Positions 42,713 to 52,619 of a DNA stretch of 64,000 nt are shown here, piece by piece. Under the pieces are notes generated by a model that saw only the letters and a program-made list of their open reading frames with translations, did not search any database and had not been told where the DNA came from. Numbering within the stretch: position 1 is the stretch's first letter; every line of letters starts with the position of its first letter. The stretch is taken from positions 256,001 to 320,000 of the forward strand of contig CAVVLJ010000020.1 in assembly GCA_963749075.1 (NCBI GenBank). The letters are read 5' to 3'. Both the position numbers and the translations under genes were made by a program. The stretch is from an uncultured Pseudomonadota bacterium (GTDB taxonomy: Bacteria; Pseudomonadota; Alphaproteobacteria; JACZXZ01).

Positions 42713-43626
42713 CACACTTGCGCCTTCACGATGCGCCACATCGCCTTGGTGCCTTCATAGAGCTCGGGGCTTTCGGCCGCGAAACCGTCGAGCCCGAGCA
42801 CCGACAGGATCTCCCGGCCGAGCGGGTACGACGTCGTGCCGATGAGCGCGGCGGCGATCGCCGTGGCCACCGGCGTGTTTCGCGTTGCCTGGAGCCCGAC
42901 CACGGGCGGGAAACCGAGCCATTCCGAGCGATAGATGATCCGCGTCTTTCCCACCAACTCGGGTTCGCGGACGCTCATCACGTCCCAGACGTAGCCGTCC
43001 ATGCTGCCGCTTTCGGCCAGCCCCGTGCTGACCGCGCGGATGACGTTCCGGTGACCGTAGGTGAAAAAGGAATCGCGGAAGAATGCCGCCGGCGTCGTCC
43101 GGCGGAGGGCCAGAAGCCAGCGCGTGACCAGATAGCCCGACGTGCTGTCCGGGTCGGAAAAGGCATGGACGGTGCCACGGATGTCGTCGAACGATTGAGC
43201 CCTGCTGGCCTCGTTGACGATGATGTAGGTTTGATAGAGCGGCTTGTGGTGGTAGAGCGGCACCGCCAGCAAGGCGAGCTTGTCCTCGTGCTGCACATAG
43301 GGATCGTCGCAGACCCAGGCGGCATCGAGCTGCCCGGACAGCAGCATGGCGGTGATCTCCTGGTAGGTCCGCCGCTTGACGAGCGTGACCGGCCGCTCCA
43401 GCCGCTGCTCGAGGTAGCTCTGAAGCATCGAGAGGAGCTTGATATCCGAATCGAGGAAGACCGGGGTCAGGCCGAAGCTGACGGCCTCCGCGGCACGGAG
43501 CGGGACGGCACCTGCCGCCACGGCGGCGGCGATCCCGCCGAGGAACGCCCGCCTGCCAAGAATCGCGCGGTCACGGGGCCGATCCGGAGATGACCCCGCG
43601 CGGACGCCCCAGCCGCTGCTGTGCAT
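42712..43626 (-). CDS. aioX: Periplasmic arsenite-binding protein (PhnD-like fold)
   Basis: RRAFL Tat-like signal, FGLTPVFL, AAWVC, FSDPDSTSG; RBS GGAGG. Confidence 0.9.
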   Translation of the reverse strand: MHSSGWGVRAGSSPDRPRDRAILGRRAFLGGIAAAVAAGAVPLRAAEAVSFGLTPVFLDSDIKLLSMLQSYLEQRLERPVTLVKRRTYQEITAMLLSGQLDAAWVCDDPYVQHEDKLALLAVPLYHHKPLYQTYIIVNEASRAQSFDDIRGTVHAFSDPDSTSGYLVTRWLLALRRTTPAAFFRDSFFTYGHRNVIRAVSTGLAESGSMDGYVWDVMSVREPELVGKTRIIYRSEWLGFPPVVGLQATRNTPVATAIAAALIGTTSYPLGREILSVLGLDGFAAESPELYEGTKAMWRIVKAQV

Positions 43627-43712
43627 TGTCGTCCTCCCTGTCCTCCACGCTGCCGGTTGGCAGCGCGGGCGCCTATTGGGCGGCGCCGTACCGGCTCGGT
43701 TCGCCGAACCTT

Positions 43713-43734
43713 CCATATTTCCAATAGAGTATTG
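43713..43734 (-). promoter_or_regulatory. Putative ArsR-type box upstream of aioX
   Basis: CCATATTTCC plus palindrome CAATA-GAG-TATTG; core shared with the arsR and pstS upstream regions. Confidence 0.45.
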
Positions 43735-44154
43735 CTCATCCGCGCCGCCCGCAATACCATTGCGCGGGTTAATGGCGGCCGTTGGGGCCCGCCTTGCGTG
43801 AAGGCTTTAGCAGCGGTGGCCCGGCGTCGGACAACGAATCTAATCAGATGGCCATTTAGGGGCCAGAATTGTGCCGAACAGGATCCGATTTCACCGCAAG
43901 AGATTGCTGCCCGCGGTTCTGATCGGCGTCATCGTAGGCGTTGGGATGATGGGTTTTTCCGCACTTTTCGCCTACAGCGCGGTTCTCGTCGGCTCAATTT
44001 CCGGAGTTGGAGCGTTCGTCATCATGATGCTTATTGATTGAATCATGACGGTACTCGATCGGTATGCTCGCTGCGAAAATATGGGCAACTAGCGGCAAGT
44101 ATGATTAGGAATTGAGCATATCCTTGGCGGGCGCCGCGCTCAGGTTGCAGCGGC

Positions 44155-44889
44155 CTATTTCGCAGTGATCTCCGCCGTGGCAAGCTCGGTCGCGCCGCAA
44201 TCGTCGATTTCGAGCGCGTAGCCGACCCACGGCACCGTGCGGACGAGATCGGGAAGACCTGGCCGATCGAGCGCCTTGCGAAGGCGAAGGATATGAACAT
44301 CGACTGTCCGCGGCAGAACGTTCGCATCGTGTCCCCACACCGCGTCTAGAAGCTGTTCGCGCGAAAAGGCTTGGCCAGGGTGTGAGAGGAGGAAGCGAAG
44401 CAGCCGGAATTCGCTGGGCCCGACGTGGATTGGTCGGCCGTTGCGAAGCACCCGGTGCGCCGTCAAGTCCATTCGAACGTCGTCGAATTGCAGGATATCC
44501 TGGACTGGGCCATCCGGTGGCGTTTGGAAGAGGCGACGGATCGACGCGGTCAGGTCTGCAGGATTGATCGGTTTCAGCAAATATTCATCAGCGCCGCAAT
44601 TGCTGCCGCGTACCTTCTGGCCATCCTCTCCTCGGCCAATCGACATGATGATCCGCAGGTGACGCTGGTTCGGAGAGCGGCGCATCTGCCGACAAATATC
44701 CGTCCCCGAAACGACCGGAAGTGTCCAGTCCAGGAGCGCGAGATCCGGCTTTCGCTCGACGATTTGAACGAGCGCGCTCGGCCCATCAAACGCTTCGATC
44801 ACGTCGTAACCCTCGCGCTCGAGATGGTAGCGCAGCGAGGCGCGCAGCGCCGCGTCGTCGTCCGCGAAAAGAACCACTCGTGCCGTCAT
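44155..44889 (-). CDS. phoB: PhoB-like response regulator (divergent)
   Basis: LLDWTLP, GPSEFRLL, RTVDVHILRLRKAL; last gene of the pst operon. Confidence 0.8.
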   Translation of the reverse strand: MTARVVLFADDDAALRASLRYHLEREGYDVIEAFDGPSALVQIVERKPDLALLDWTLPVVSGTDICRQMRRSPNQRHLRIIMSIGRGEDGQKVRGSNCGADEYLLKPINPADLTASIRRLFQTPPDGPVQDILQFDDVRMDLTAHRVLRNGRPIHVGPSEFRLLRFLLSHPGQAFSREQLLDAVWGHDANVLPRTVDVHILRLRKALDRPGLPDLVRTVPWVGYALEIDDCGATELATAEITAK

Positions 44890-44908
44890 CGATCGAGCCA
44901 CCTCGATG

Positions 44909-45724
44909 TCAACCGAAACGTCCGGTGACGTAGTCCTCTGTCTTCTTCTCCTTAGGACGTTGGAACAGGTGCGCAGTCCCGCCGAACTCGACAAGCTCGC
45001 CGAGATACATGAAGGCGGTATAGTCCGACACCCGGCCAGCTTGCTGCATATTGTGGGTGACGATGACGACTGTGTAATTCTGCTTGAGCTCGCCGATGAG
45101 CTCTTCGATCTTGCTCGTCGAGATCGGGTCGAGAGCCGAGCAGGGCTCGTCCAAAAGCAGCACTTCGGGGTCCACCGCCAGTGCCCGCGCGAGGCACAGG
45201 CGCTGCTGCTGTCCGCCGGAGAGGCTGGCGCCCGATTTGCCGAGCTGGTCTTTGACTTCGTCCCAAAGGGCCGCCATCTTCAGGCTTTTTTCGACTTTTT
45301 CTTCCATGGTAGTGCGTTTTCGCGTCCCATTCAGCTTGAGGCCGGCTGCGACGTTCTCGAAGATCGACATGGTCGGAAACGGGTTCGCCTTCTGAAAGAC
45401 CATCCCGATCCGACGCCGCACTTGAACAACATTTACAGACGGTCCGTACAGATCTTCGCTATCCAGCAGAACCTTGCCCTGAACCCGCGCCCCCCGGGTT
45501 ACCTCATGCATGCGATTGAGACATCGAAGGAGCGTGGACTTGCCGCAACCCGAGGGGCCAATGATCGCCGTGACCGCTCCGGCCTTGAAACCGAGCGACA
45601 CATTGTTCACCGCCCGCGACTTGCCGTAATAGGCGCTCAAGCCTTCCACCGAAAGCAATGTGCCGTTCCCAGAAACGGCTTCGACGTGTTCCGGGACGCT
45701 CGCGTCGGTCGTCACTTCAATCAT
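44909..45724 (-). CDS. pstB: Phosphate ABC transporter ATPase
   Basis: [32 protein letters not shown]. Confidence 0.95.
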   Translation of the reverse strand: MIEVTTDASVPEHVEAVSGNGTLLSVEGLSAYYGKSRAVNNVSLGFKAGAVTAIIGPSGCGKSTLLRCLNRMHEVTRGARVQGKVLLDSEDLYGPSVNVVQVRRRIGMVFQKANPFPTMSIFENVAAGLKLNGTRKRTTMEEKVEKSLKMAALWDEVKDQLGKSGASLSGGQQQRLCLARALAVDPEVLLLDEPCSALDPISTSKIEELIGELKQNYTVVIVTHNMQQAGRVSDYTAFMYLGELVEFGGTAHLFQRPKEKKTEDYVTGRFG

Positions 45725-46571
45725 CGAGTCGGCTCCTGAACGCGAGGCGGGTAAGTGTGCTCGCCACCAGAACAACCATGACCAACATGAGCGAGGCGGC
45801 CCAGGCCTGCGCATGCCAGTCGTCATAGGGGGCGGTCGCATAGCGGTAGATGACCAGCGGCACAGTGGCGATCGGCTTGGCCAAGTTCACGTTCCAGAAA
45901 GGACTGCCGAACGCCGTGAACAGCATGGGCGCCGCTTCGCCGAGAGCGCGAGCGACAGCCAGCAACAAGCCGGTCAGCATCGCCCGGGAACAAGTGGGTA
46001 ACACGATCCGCAAGATCGTCCTCCAAGTCGGAATTCCCAAGGCCAACGATGCCTCCCGAATCGTGCCCGGCACGAGGCGAAGGGCTTCTTGGGCGGTAAT
46101 GAGGATGATCGGGATCATGATGAAGGCGTAAGCCACGGAGCCCGACAGCGCAGAAAATTCGCGCATCGGCTGGACCACCATCGCGTATGCGACAAGCCCA
46201 ACAACGATCGACGGGACGCCGGTCAATGTGTCGGCGAGGAAACGGACGAACCAGCCGAGCCATCCGCTCTGGAACTCATTCAAGAAGACGGCAGCTCCGA
46301 CGCCGATGGGGATCGCCATCGCTGCGGCAACGGCCACGACCTCCAAGCTGCCCACCAGCGCATTTGCAATTCCCCCGCCCCCTTCTCCGACCGGGGTCGG
46401 AAGGGAAATCAGGAAGCTCCAACTGATGTATGAGACGCCCTGGTACGCCACATAGGCCATAATGACGAACAAGACAGACACGGTCAGCGCAGTGCTAACG
46501 GCCATGGCCAGAAAGGCGGCCCTGTCTAAAAGCGTTCGGCGGAGGAGCCCCGCGTCCGGTCCGAATTTCAT
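45717..46571 (-). CDS. pstA: Phosphate ABC transporter permease
   Basis: [22 protein letters not shown]. Confidence 0.93.
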   Translation of the reverse strand: MKFGPDAGLLRRTLLDRAAFLAMAVSTALTVSVLFVIMAYVAYQGVSYISWSFLISLPTPVGEGGGGIANALVGSLEVVAVAAAMAIPIGVGAAVFLNEFQSGWLGWFVRFLADTLTGVPSIVVGLVAYAMVVQPMREFSALSGSVAYAFIMIPIILITAQEALRLVPGTIREASLALGIPTWRTILRIVLPTCSRAMLTGLLLAVARALGEAAPMLFTAFGSPFWNVNLAKPIATVPLVIYRYATAPYDDWHAQAWAASLMLVMVVLVASTLTRLAFRSRLDD

Positions 46572-46574
46572 GGC

Positions 46575-47627
46575 CTACTCCAATATGCCAACCTGCCCTC
46601 GGGAAAGCCGCCATATGAGAAGCTGCGACAGAAGGCCGAGAACGATGGTGATGCCGAATAGCACGAGACCCACATAGATCAGCGACGATACGTAGAGGCT
46701 GTATGTGGCTTCCGTGAACTCGCTGGCGATTTGGCTTGCCATGCTGTGGACCGGATCGAACAGCGAGGTGAGCATCCTGAAGGCGTTTCCGCCGACCAAG
46801 GTGACGGCCATGGTCTCACCGATGGCCCGCCCGAGTCCGAGGACAATAGCGCCGATCAGGCCGACACGCGCATAGGGCAAGACGGCCTTTTGGATGGCTT
46901 CCCATCTGGTCGCCCCGAGAGCGAGCATCGCTTCCAACTGCGAGCGCGGGACCGCGCGGAGCAGGTCGCGCGAGATCGCGGTAATGATCGGCGTGATCAT
47001 GATTGCCAGGATGATGCCCGCCGCCAGAACGCCGACGCCATAGACAGCCGGCCCCTGGAACGGCGGGAACCATCCGAAATGCGCTTTGAGCCAGATTTGC
47101 ATCTGGCGCACAATGGGCACCAGGATGAAAAGCCCCCACAATCCGAAGACGACGCTTGGAATCGCAGCGAGCATTTCCACGAGGTAGGAGAGCGGATTGC
47201 GAATCCAGCGCGGTGCGTAGAGCCCTAGAAAGATCGCCGATCCGAGACTGATCGGAACCGCGATAAGAAGGGCGAGGAAGGATTTCGCGACGGTGCCCAC
47301 AATGGTCGGCAATGTTCCGAACACCTCCGCGACCGGATCCCAGGTGGTGCCGACAAGAAATCCCAGACCGAATCGCTGGATGGCCTCCCAGGACCCGCTA
47401 AAGAGCACGAAAATGAGGAGGCCCGTCAATACAATGATGAGCAACGCGAAGAGTCTGGTTACAGCATAGAAAATGCTGTCCCCGAAGGTTCCGAGACCTC
47501 GACGGACAGCCCACGGACCCGAGCTCCGGGGCAAGGGATCAAGTACGCGAAAGGGCAGAGGATCGGACAGGCGCCGCAACAACGGATCGGGGGACGTGCT
47601 CGCTGTGTCTTGCTCTTCGGCTTCCAT
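46575..47627 (-). CDS. pstC: Phosphate ABC transporter permease
   Basis: WDPV, LAAIPSVVFGLWG, GRAIGETMAV. Confidence 0.93.
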   Translation of the reverse strand: MEAEEQDTASTSPDPLLRRLSDPLPFRVLDPLPRSSGPWAVRRGLGTFGDSIFYAVTRLFALLIIVLTGLLIFVLFSGSWEAIQRFGLGFLVGTTWDPVAEVFGTLPTIVGTVAKSFLALLIAVPISLGSAIFLGLYAPRWIRNPLSYLVEMLAAIPSVVFGLWGLFILVPIVRQMQIWLKAHFGWFPPFQGPAVYGVGVLAAGIILAIMITPIITAISRDLLRAVPRSQLEAMLALGATRWEAIQKAVLPYARVGLIGAIVLGLGRAIGETMAVTLVGGNAFRMLTSLFDPVHSMASQIASEFTEATYSLYVSSLIYVGLVLFGITIVLGLLSQLLIWRLSRGQVGILE

Positions 47628-47644
47628 ATGAAATCCCTGCCCTT

Positions 47645-47676
47645 GGCGGGTTTCCCTTGAGAGCGGGAAACCCGCC
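47645..47676 (-). terminator. pstS-pstC intergenic stem-loop
   Basis: GGCGGGTTTCCC-N8-GGGAAACCCGCC perfect 12-bp stem. Confidence 0.65.
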
Positions 47677-47703
47677 GGATCGTCGATTGCCGCCGGGCTG
47701 AGC

Positions 47704-48819
47704 TCAGTTCATCGCCAGGGCGGGCTTGCCGTCGACCGTGATTTTCTTCAGCAGATTTTCCGCCTTCTTCACTGCTGCGCCCTCAAGCGGCGCGTACAGT
47801 AGCGGCCCACTGAATTTTTGCCCGTCATGGATCATCCACCAGGCGAGGTGCGCGACCGCATCGGTCTCGGCCTTGTCCTTGCCATTTTCATAGACGATCA
47901 TCCAGCTGAACCCGGAAATGGGGTAGGCCTTTGGATTCGCGCTGTCGGTGATCAGAGCCTTCATATCGTCCGGCAAATCCGCCACGTCCGCGGCAGCGGC
48001 GGCCCCCTCTAACGAGGGGTCGAGATAGACGCCTGCCTTGTTGCGCATCTTCACCCAAGGAATGTGGTTCTGTACCGCATAAGCCAGTTCCACATAGCCG
48101 ATGGCCCCGGGAATCTGCTTCACTTGATTGGCGACGCCCTCATTGCCCGCGCCTCCGATGTCGCCGGGCCAATTCACAGACGTGGCAAATCCCACTTTGT
48201 CGGCCCATTCCTTCGACACCTTGGAGAGATAGTTCGAGAAGATGAACGTCGTTCCCGATCCATCGGAGCGGTGCACGACGGCAATGTCGAGATCCGGCAG
48301 CTTGACGCCCGGATTGAGCGACGTGATGCGCTGGTCGTTCCACTTCTTGATCTTCTTGAGATAGATGTCTGCCAGCACATCGGGCGTTATTTTCAGAGTT
48401 CCGCTCGATATCCCCGCCAGGTTGTAGGAAACCGTGACGGCCCCGGCTGTGACGGGAATGTGCAGGATCGGACCGCCTTTCGCCTGAGCCAGCTGCTGAT
48501 CCGTCAAAATGCCGTCGGTGGCGCCGAAATCAACGGTCATTTCCTGAAGTTGCCGGATGCCGCCGCCCGAGCCGATGGATTGGTAGTTGACCTTGACGCC
48601 GCACAGCTTGTTGTACGCGTCGAACATCTTCGAGAAAAGCGGGTAGTCGAAGGTAGAGCCGGCTCCCGTCAGCTCCTTGACGCCCATCTTGGGGCAGGCA
48701 TCCTGTGCCTCGGCGCGGCCAGCCAGCAGCACCATCGCGCCGATCCCCAGCGCCAACAGGGTCTTTCCAGTCACTCGACAAGTCCGCTTCGTCGCTTCGT
48801 TCAGAAACCATCTCATCAT
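47704..48819 (-). CDS. pstS: Phosphate-binding periplasmic protein
   Basis: GAGSTF, YQSIGSGGG, DFGATD, HRSDGSGTT; RBS AAGGAGG. Confidence 0.95.
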   Translation of the reverse strand: MMRWFLNEATKRTCRVTGKTLLALGIGAMVLLAGRAEAQDACPKMGVKELTGAGSTFDYPLFSKMFDAYNKLCGVKVNYQSIGSGGGIRQLQEMTVDFGATDGILTDQQLAQAKGGPILHIPVTAGAVTVSYNLAGISSGTLKITPDVLADIYLKKIKKWNDQRITSLNPGVKLPDLDIAVVHRSDGSGTTFIFSNYLSKVSKEWADKVGFATSVNWPGDIGGAGNEGVANQVKQIPGAIGYVELAYAVQNHIPWVKMRNKAGVYLDPSLEGAAAAADVADLPDDMKALITDSANPKAYPISGFSWMIVYENGKDKAETDAVAHLAWWMIHDGQKFSGPLLYAPLEGAAVKKAENLLKKITVDGKPALAMN

Positions 48820-48868
48820 GTCAATTTCCCTCCTTGTGCGGTTGCCGTGCGCGGTACCCTCGTATCGA

Positions 48869-48899
48869 CCATATTTCCGGAAAACTAGATTTCCGGAAT
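48869..48899 (-). promoter_or_regulatory. Putative ArsR-type operator upstream of pstS
   Basis: CCATATTTCC core and two TTTCCGGAA palindromic units. Confidence 0.45.
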
Positions 48900-48933
48900 T
48901 ATCGATGTTGCGAGCGACAGATTGATTTCGAGA

Positions 48934-48953
48934 ATATGACTTATTTATGACGA
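48934..48953 (-). promoter_or_regulatory. Pho box upstream of pstS
   Basis: Minus strand GTCAT-AAATAA-GTCAT with 11-bp period. Confidence 0.75.
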
Positions 48954-49175
48954 TTGAACTATCTCCGGCCGGGGCTGCAGCAGGCACAGACGAGTCGGGA
49001 ACTGTCCTTCCAGCCCATGTCGAGACGCAGCAATCGGCGATAACGACTATCTGACCATGGAATTCTTGCGGGAGTTGATTCATCACGAGCAGGTCATGAC
49101 ATTGTCATCGAATCGGGATACTGGTACGGAGAGTGCATTTCGGCCCGATATTCTCGGAGTATCGAAGGGCGGCCG

Positions 49176-49215
49176 TTGACAATGGACAGAAAATTCGACA
49201 ATACTCGAAATATGG
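49176..49215 (+). promoter_or_regulatory. arsR promoter/operator, probably leaderless
   Basis: TTGACA at 49176; palindrome TTCGA-CAATAC-TCGAA abutting ATG 49212. Confidence 0.65.
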
Positions 49216-49604
49216 AAAAGGTGGACGCCCTGGCGGCCCTCTCCGGCCTCTCGCACGAGACGCGGCTCGACATCTTCCGGCTCCTGGTCGAGGCGGGACC
49301 CGGCGGGATATCCGCCGGCCGGATCGGCGAGCGTCTCGATCTAGCACCGGCGACGCTCTCCTTCCACTTGAGCCACCTCAAGCATGCCGGCCTCGTCGAT
49401 GCCGAGCGGAACGGCCGCTCGCTGATCTACTCGGCCGACTTCGAGCGCGTGCGGACGCTCGTGGCCTATCTGACCGAGAACTGCTGCGAGGGCCATCCGG
49501 CGTCGTGCGGCCTTCCCGAGTGCGAGCCGGCGTCCGTCGCAGCGAGAGCGAAAGCCGGAGGGAGACGAGACCATGAAGCGCCTTCGCGTGCGCGCCGCCG
49601 CTGA
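49212..49604 (+). CDS. arsR: ArsR/SmtB repressor (C-terminal CC type)
   Basis: HETRLDIFRLLV, TLSFHL, YLTENCC...C. Confidence 0.93.
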   Translation: MEKVDALAALSGLSHETRLDIFRLLVEAGPGGISAGRIGERLDLAPATLSFHLSHLKHAGLVDAERNGRSLIYSADFERVRTLVAYLTENCCEGHPASCGLPECEPASVAARAKAGGRRDHEAPSRARRR

Positions 49605-49638
49605 TCCGGCCGCGGCGGCCGCCTCAGCTAGAGCCTAG
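49573..49638 (+). pseudogene. Possible remnant of an ArsI/CadI-family glyoxalase gene
   Basis: RBS plus MKRLRVRAAA resembling the MKRLHVHVAV start of that family, in its usual slot between arsR and arsC. Confidence 0.45.
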
Positions 49639-49647
49639 GATCGCCCA

Positions 49648-50175
49648 ATGACCCAAAGGACCTTCAACGTCCTTTTCTTGTGCACGGGGAATTCCGCCAG
49701 GAGCATCTTCGCGGAGGTCCTCCTCGGGCACTGGGGCAAGGGCCGCTTCAATGCGTTCAGCGCCGGCAGCTTCCCGAAGCCGGCACCGCATCCCTATGCT
49801 CTTGAGCTGCTGAGGAGGCTGCACCTGCCGACGGAAGGGCTGCGCAGCAAGAGCTGGGACGAGTTCGCCGGGCCGCGTGCGCCGGAGATGGACTTCGTCT
49901 TCACCGTGTGCGACCAGGCGGCGAATGAGCCGTGCCCCGTGTGGCCCGGCCAGCCCATCACCGCCCATTGGGGCCTCGCCGATCCTGCGGCGGTCGAGGG
50001 GAGCGAGATCGAGAAGCGCGACGCCTTCAGGCGCGCGCTGCGCGAGCTCGAGTTCCGCATCAAGATCTTCGTCAATCTGCGGGTCGAGGCGCTCGACCGG
50101 CTGGCGCTCAAGAAGAAGGTCGACGAAATTGGCCGCACCGTCCTCGACACATCCTCCGTCGAGCGCGCCTCGTGA
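49648..50175 (+). CDS. arsC: Arsenate reductase, LMW-PTP fold
   Basis: LCTGNSARS, TVCD, CPVWPG, HWGLADP. Confidence 0.93.
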   Translation: MTQRTFNVLFLCTGNSARSIFAEVLLGHWGKGRFNAFSAGSFPKPAPHPYALELLRRLHLPTEGLRSKSWDEFAGPRAPEMDFVFTVCDQAANEPCPVWPGQPITAHWGLADPAAVEGSEIEKRDAFRRALRELEFRIKIFVNLRVEALDRLALKKKVDEIGRTVLDTSSVERAS

Positions 50176-51275
50176 CGATCCAATCGGGAACGCCATCACG
50201 CTCCGGCGCTGCTCTCCGTGGTGAACCGGTGCTGCGCGGCCGCGCCGCCCGTCTCGGCGTGGTCGAACGCTATCTCTCGCTGTGGGTCGCTCTCTGCATC
50301 GTGGCCGGCATTGCGCTCGGACGCTTCTTGCCGACGCCCTTCGCGATCCTCGGCAGCAGCACCGTGGCACAGGTCAATCTGCCGGTGGCCGTGCTCGTCT
50401 GGCTCATGATCGTGCCGATGCTGCTCAAGGTCGATTTCGGCGCGCTGCATCAGGTGCGGGAGCATTGGCGCGGCATCGGCGTAACGCTCTTCATCAATTG
50501 GGCGGTCAAGCCTTTCTCGATGGCGCTCCTCGCCTGGATTTTCATCGCTCATCTCTTCGCGCCCCTGCTGCCGTCGGACCAGCTTTCCTCCTACGTCGCC
50601 GGCCTCATTCTGCTCGCAGCGGCACCCTGCACGGCGATGGTCTTCGTGTGGAGCAATCTGGTCGAGGGCGAGCCGCACTTCACGCTCAGCCAGGTAGCGC
50701 TCAACGACGCCATCATGATCGTCGCTTTTGCGCCGCTCGTCGGGCTTCTGCTTGGGCTTTCCGCCATCGCCGTACCGTGGCAGACACTGTTCCTCTCGGT
50801 GCTGCTCTATATCGTGGTGCCGGTGATCGCAGCACAGATTTGGCGCCGCGGCCTCCTGGCGCATGGTGGTGCCGCACGTCTCGCGGCCATGCTCAAGCGG
50901 CTTGGGCCGGTCTCGCTCGCGGCACTGCTGGCGACGCTCGTGCTGCTCTTCGGTTTCCAGGGCGAGCAGATCCTGAGGCAGCCGCTGGTGATTCTGCTTC
51001 TGGCGGTGCCGATCCTTATCCAAGTCTACCTGAACGCTGGCCTCGCCTATTGGCTGAACCGGACGCTCGGTGTTGCCCATTGTGTCGCCGGACCCTCGGC
51101 CCTCATCGGTGCCAGCAATTTCTTCGAGCTTGCCGTTGCCACGGCGATAGCGCTCTTCGGCCTCAACTCCGGTGCCGCACTCGCGACCGTCGTTGGGGTG
51201 CTCATCGAGGTGCCGGTGATGCTCTCGGTCGTTCGGATCGTGTCCGCAACGAAGGGTTGGTACGAGCACGCCTGA
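50172..51275 (+). CDS. acr3: Arsenite efflux transporter, ACR3 family
   Basis: ERYLSLWV, APCTAMVFVW, ASNFFELA, EVPVML; GTG start inferred. Confidence 0.95.
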   Translation: MTIQSGTPSRSGAALRGEPVLRGRAARLGVVERYLSLWVALCIVAGIALGRFLPTPFAILGSSTVAQVNLPVAVLVWLMIVPMLLKVDFGALHQVREHWRGIGVTLFINWAVKPFSMALLAWIFIAHLFAPLLPSDQLSSYVAGLILLAAAPCTAMVFVWSNLVEGEPHFTLSQVALNDAIMIVAFAPLVGLLLGLSAIAVPWQTLFLSVLLYIVVPVIAAQIWRRGLLAHGGAARLAAMLKRLGPVSLAALLATLVLLFGFQGEQILRQPLVILLLAVPILIQVYLNAGLAYWLNRTLGVAHCVAGPSALIGASNFFELAVATAIALFGLNSGAALATVVGVLIEVPVMLSVVRIVSATKGWYEHA

Positions 51276-51312
51276 GGAAGATCGAGCGACGCTGCTGCGC
51301 TCGCTCCCTCGA

Positions 51313-52593
51313 CTACCCTTCCCGCGAGACGCCCCCGGTCCGATGCGACATAAGGCGCAGGACAAGTGATAAAAGAAGGTTCGAAAGCGCCAAAGCAACG
51401 AGGATCATGAGAGCCGGCCTGGGACCCTTATCCGCGAGGACCAATGCCACGGCGGCGGGTGCGATCGCCTGAGCCAAGAGGTTCGAGAAGGCGTAGCGGC
51501 CGAGAAGCGGGGCATAGCCGACGGAGCCGAAGAAATGGAGAGGCAGCGTGCCGCGGACGATGGTCGCCACGCCATTGCCCGCTCCGTAGCAGATGACGGC
51601 CGCGGCCACGATCGCGACATTGCCCGGCAAGAGCATAGCCACGCCGAGGAAGACGGCGAGGCTGGTGGCGACCGCGGTCCACACCGGATGGAAATAGCGG
51701 CCGAAGGCGATCTGCAGCAGCCGCCCGCCGACCTGGGACGGCCCCACCATGGCGCCGTAACCGACCGCCGCCGCGAGTCCCAGACCCAAGCCCTGAAGGA
51801 TCGCGAGGAGATGCACGGAGAGCACCGACGAGATGCTCGACTGCAGCGTGAACATGGCGCCGAGCAGGACGACGAGCAGCAGTCGCATGCGGCGGTCGAG
51901 CATGCCCGCGGCGCCGGGCTCGCTCTCCGCCACGGCTTCTGGACTTTCGTCCTCGCCCGCCGGCGCCGGCCGCGCCGGAAGCAGCAGGAAGTGCATCGGC
52001 AGCCCCAAGAGGACATGCATTCCGGCATAGACGAGACAGGCGCCGCGCCAGCCCAGGCTCTCGAGGAGAAGCGTGCTCAAGGGCCAGGCAAAGGTGCTGG
52101 CAAAACCGCCGATCAAGGTGAGGTTGACGATGAGGCCCTTGGCCCGGCGCCCGTAGATGCCGACGAGCGTCGAGAAGGCGGCATCGTAGAGCCCGGCCGA
52201 CATGCCGACGCCGAGAAGCGCCCAGGCGGCGAAATAGAGGACCGGTCCGCGCGCGAGGCCGAGGCCTGCGAGCCCCAGCGCCAGGGCCAGGGAGCCGAAG
52301 GAGAGCACCTTGCGGCCGCCGAGGCGCTCGATGGCGCGGCCGACGCGCGGCGAGACGAAGCCGGCGACGAGGAGGCCGAGCGAGAGGCCGGAGACCACCT
52401 CAGTGAGCGGCCAGCCGGTATCCGCGGCGATCGGCTTCGCCAGCACGGCGAGGAGATAATAGGACGAGCCCCAGGCGAGGCACTGCGTGAAGCCTAGGAT
52501 GGCGATGACCGCGGCCTTGCCGCCCTGGCGTGGATGCCACGCAAGGCTTCGCCGCGAGGCTGTCGCTTCCGTCAGCTGTCCGCTCCGCTGCAC
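51313..52593 (-). CDS. arsK: MFS efflux transporter (ArsK-like)
   Basis: LGFTQCLAWGSSYY, LYDAAF, GGFAST, GPSQVGGR; downstream of arsR and the flavoprotein. Confidence 0.7.
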   Translation of the reverse strand: MQRSGQLTEATASRRSLAWHPRQGGKAAVIAILGFTQCLAWGSSYYLLAVLAKPIAADTGWPLTEVVSGLSLGLLVAGFVSPRVGRAIERLGGRKVLSFGSLALALGLAGLGLARGPVLYFAAWALLGVGMSAGLYDAAFSTLVGIYGRRAKGLIVNLTLIGGFASTFAWPLSTLLLESLGWRGACLVYAGMHVLLGLPMHFLLLPARPAPAGEDESPEAVAESEPGAAGMLDRRMRLLLVVLLGAMFTLQSSISSVLSVHLLAILQGLGLGLAAAVGYGAMVGPSQVGGRLLQIAFGRYFHPVWTAVATSLAVFLGVAMLLPGNVAIVAAAVICYGAGNGVATIVRGTLPLHFFGSVGYAPLLGRYAFSNLLAQAIAPAAVALVLADKGPRPALMILVALALSNLLLSLVLRLMSHRTGGVSREG

Positions 52594-52619
52594 GCCCCTC
52601 CCTCCGGCCAAGGCTCGGC

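Noticed and set aside
43990-44120. AT-rich stretch with TCAT repeats as a Pho box for aioXSR
   Set aside because: Repeats are too degenerate and far from the aioX start
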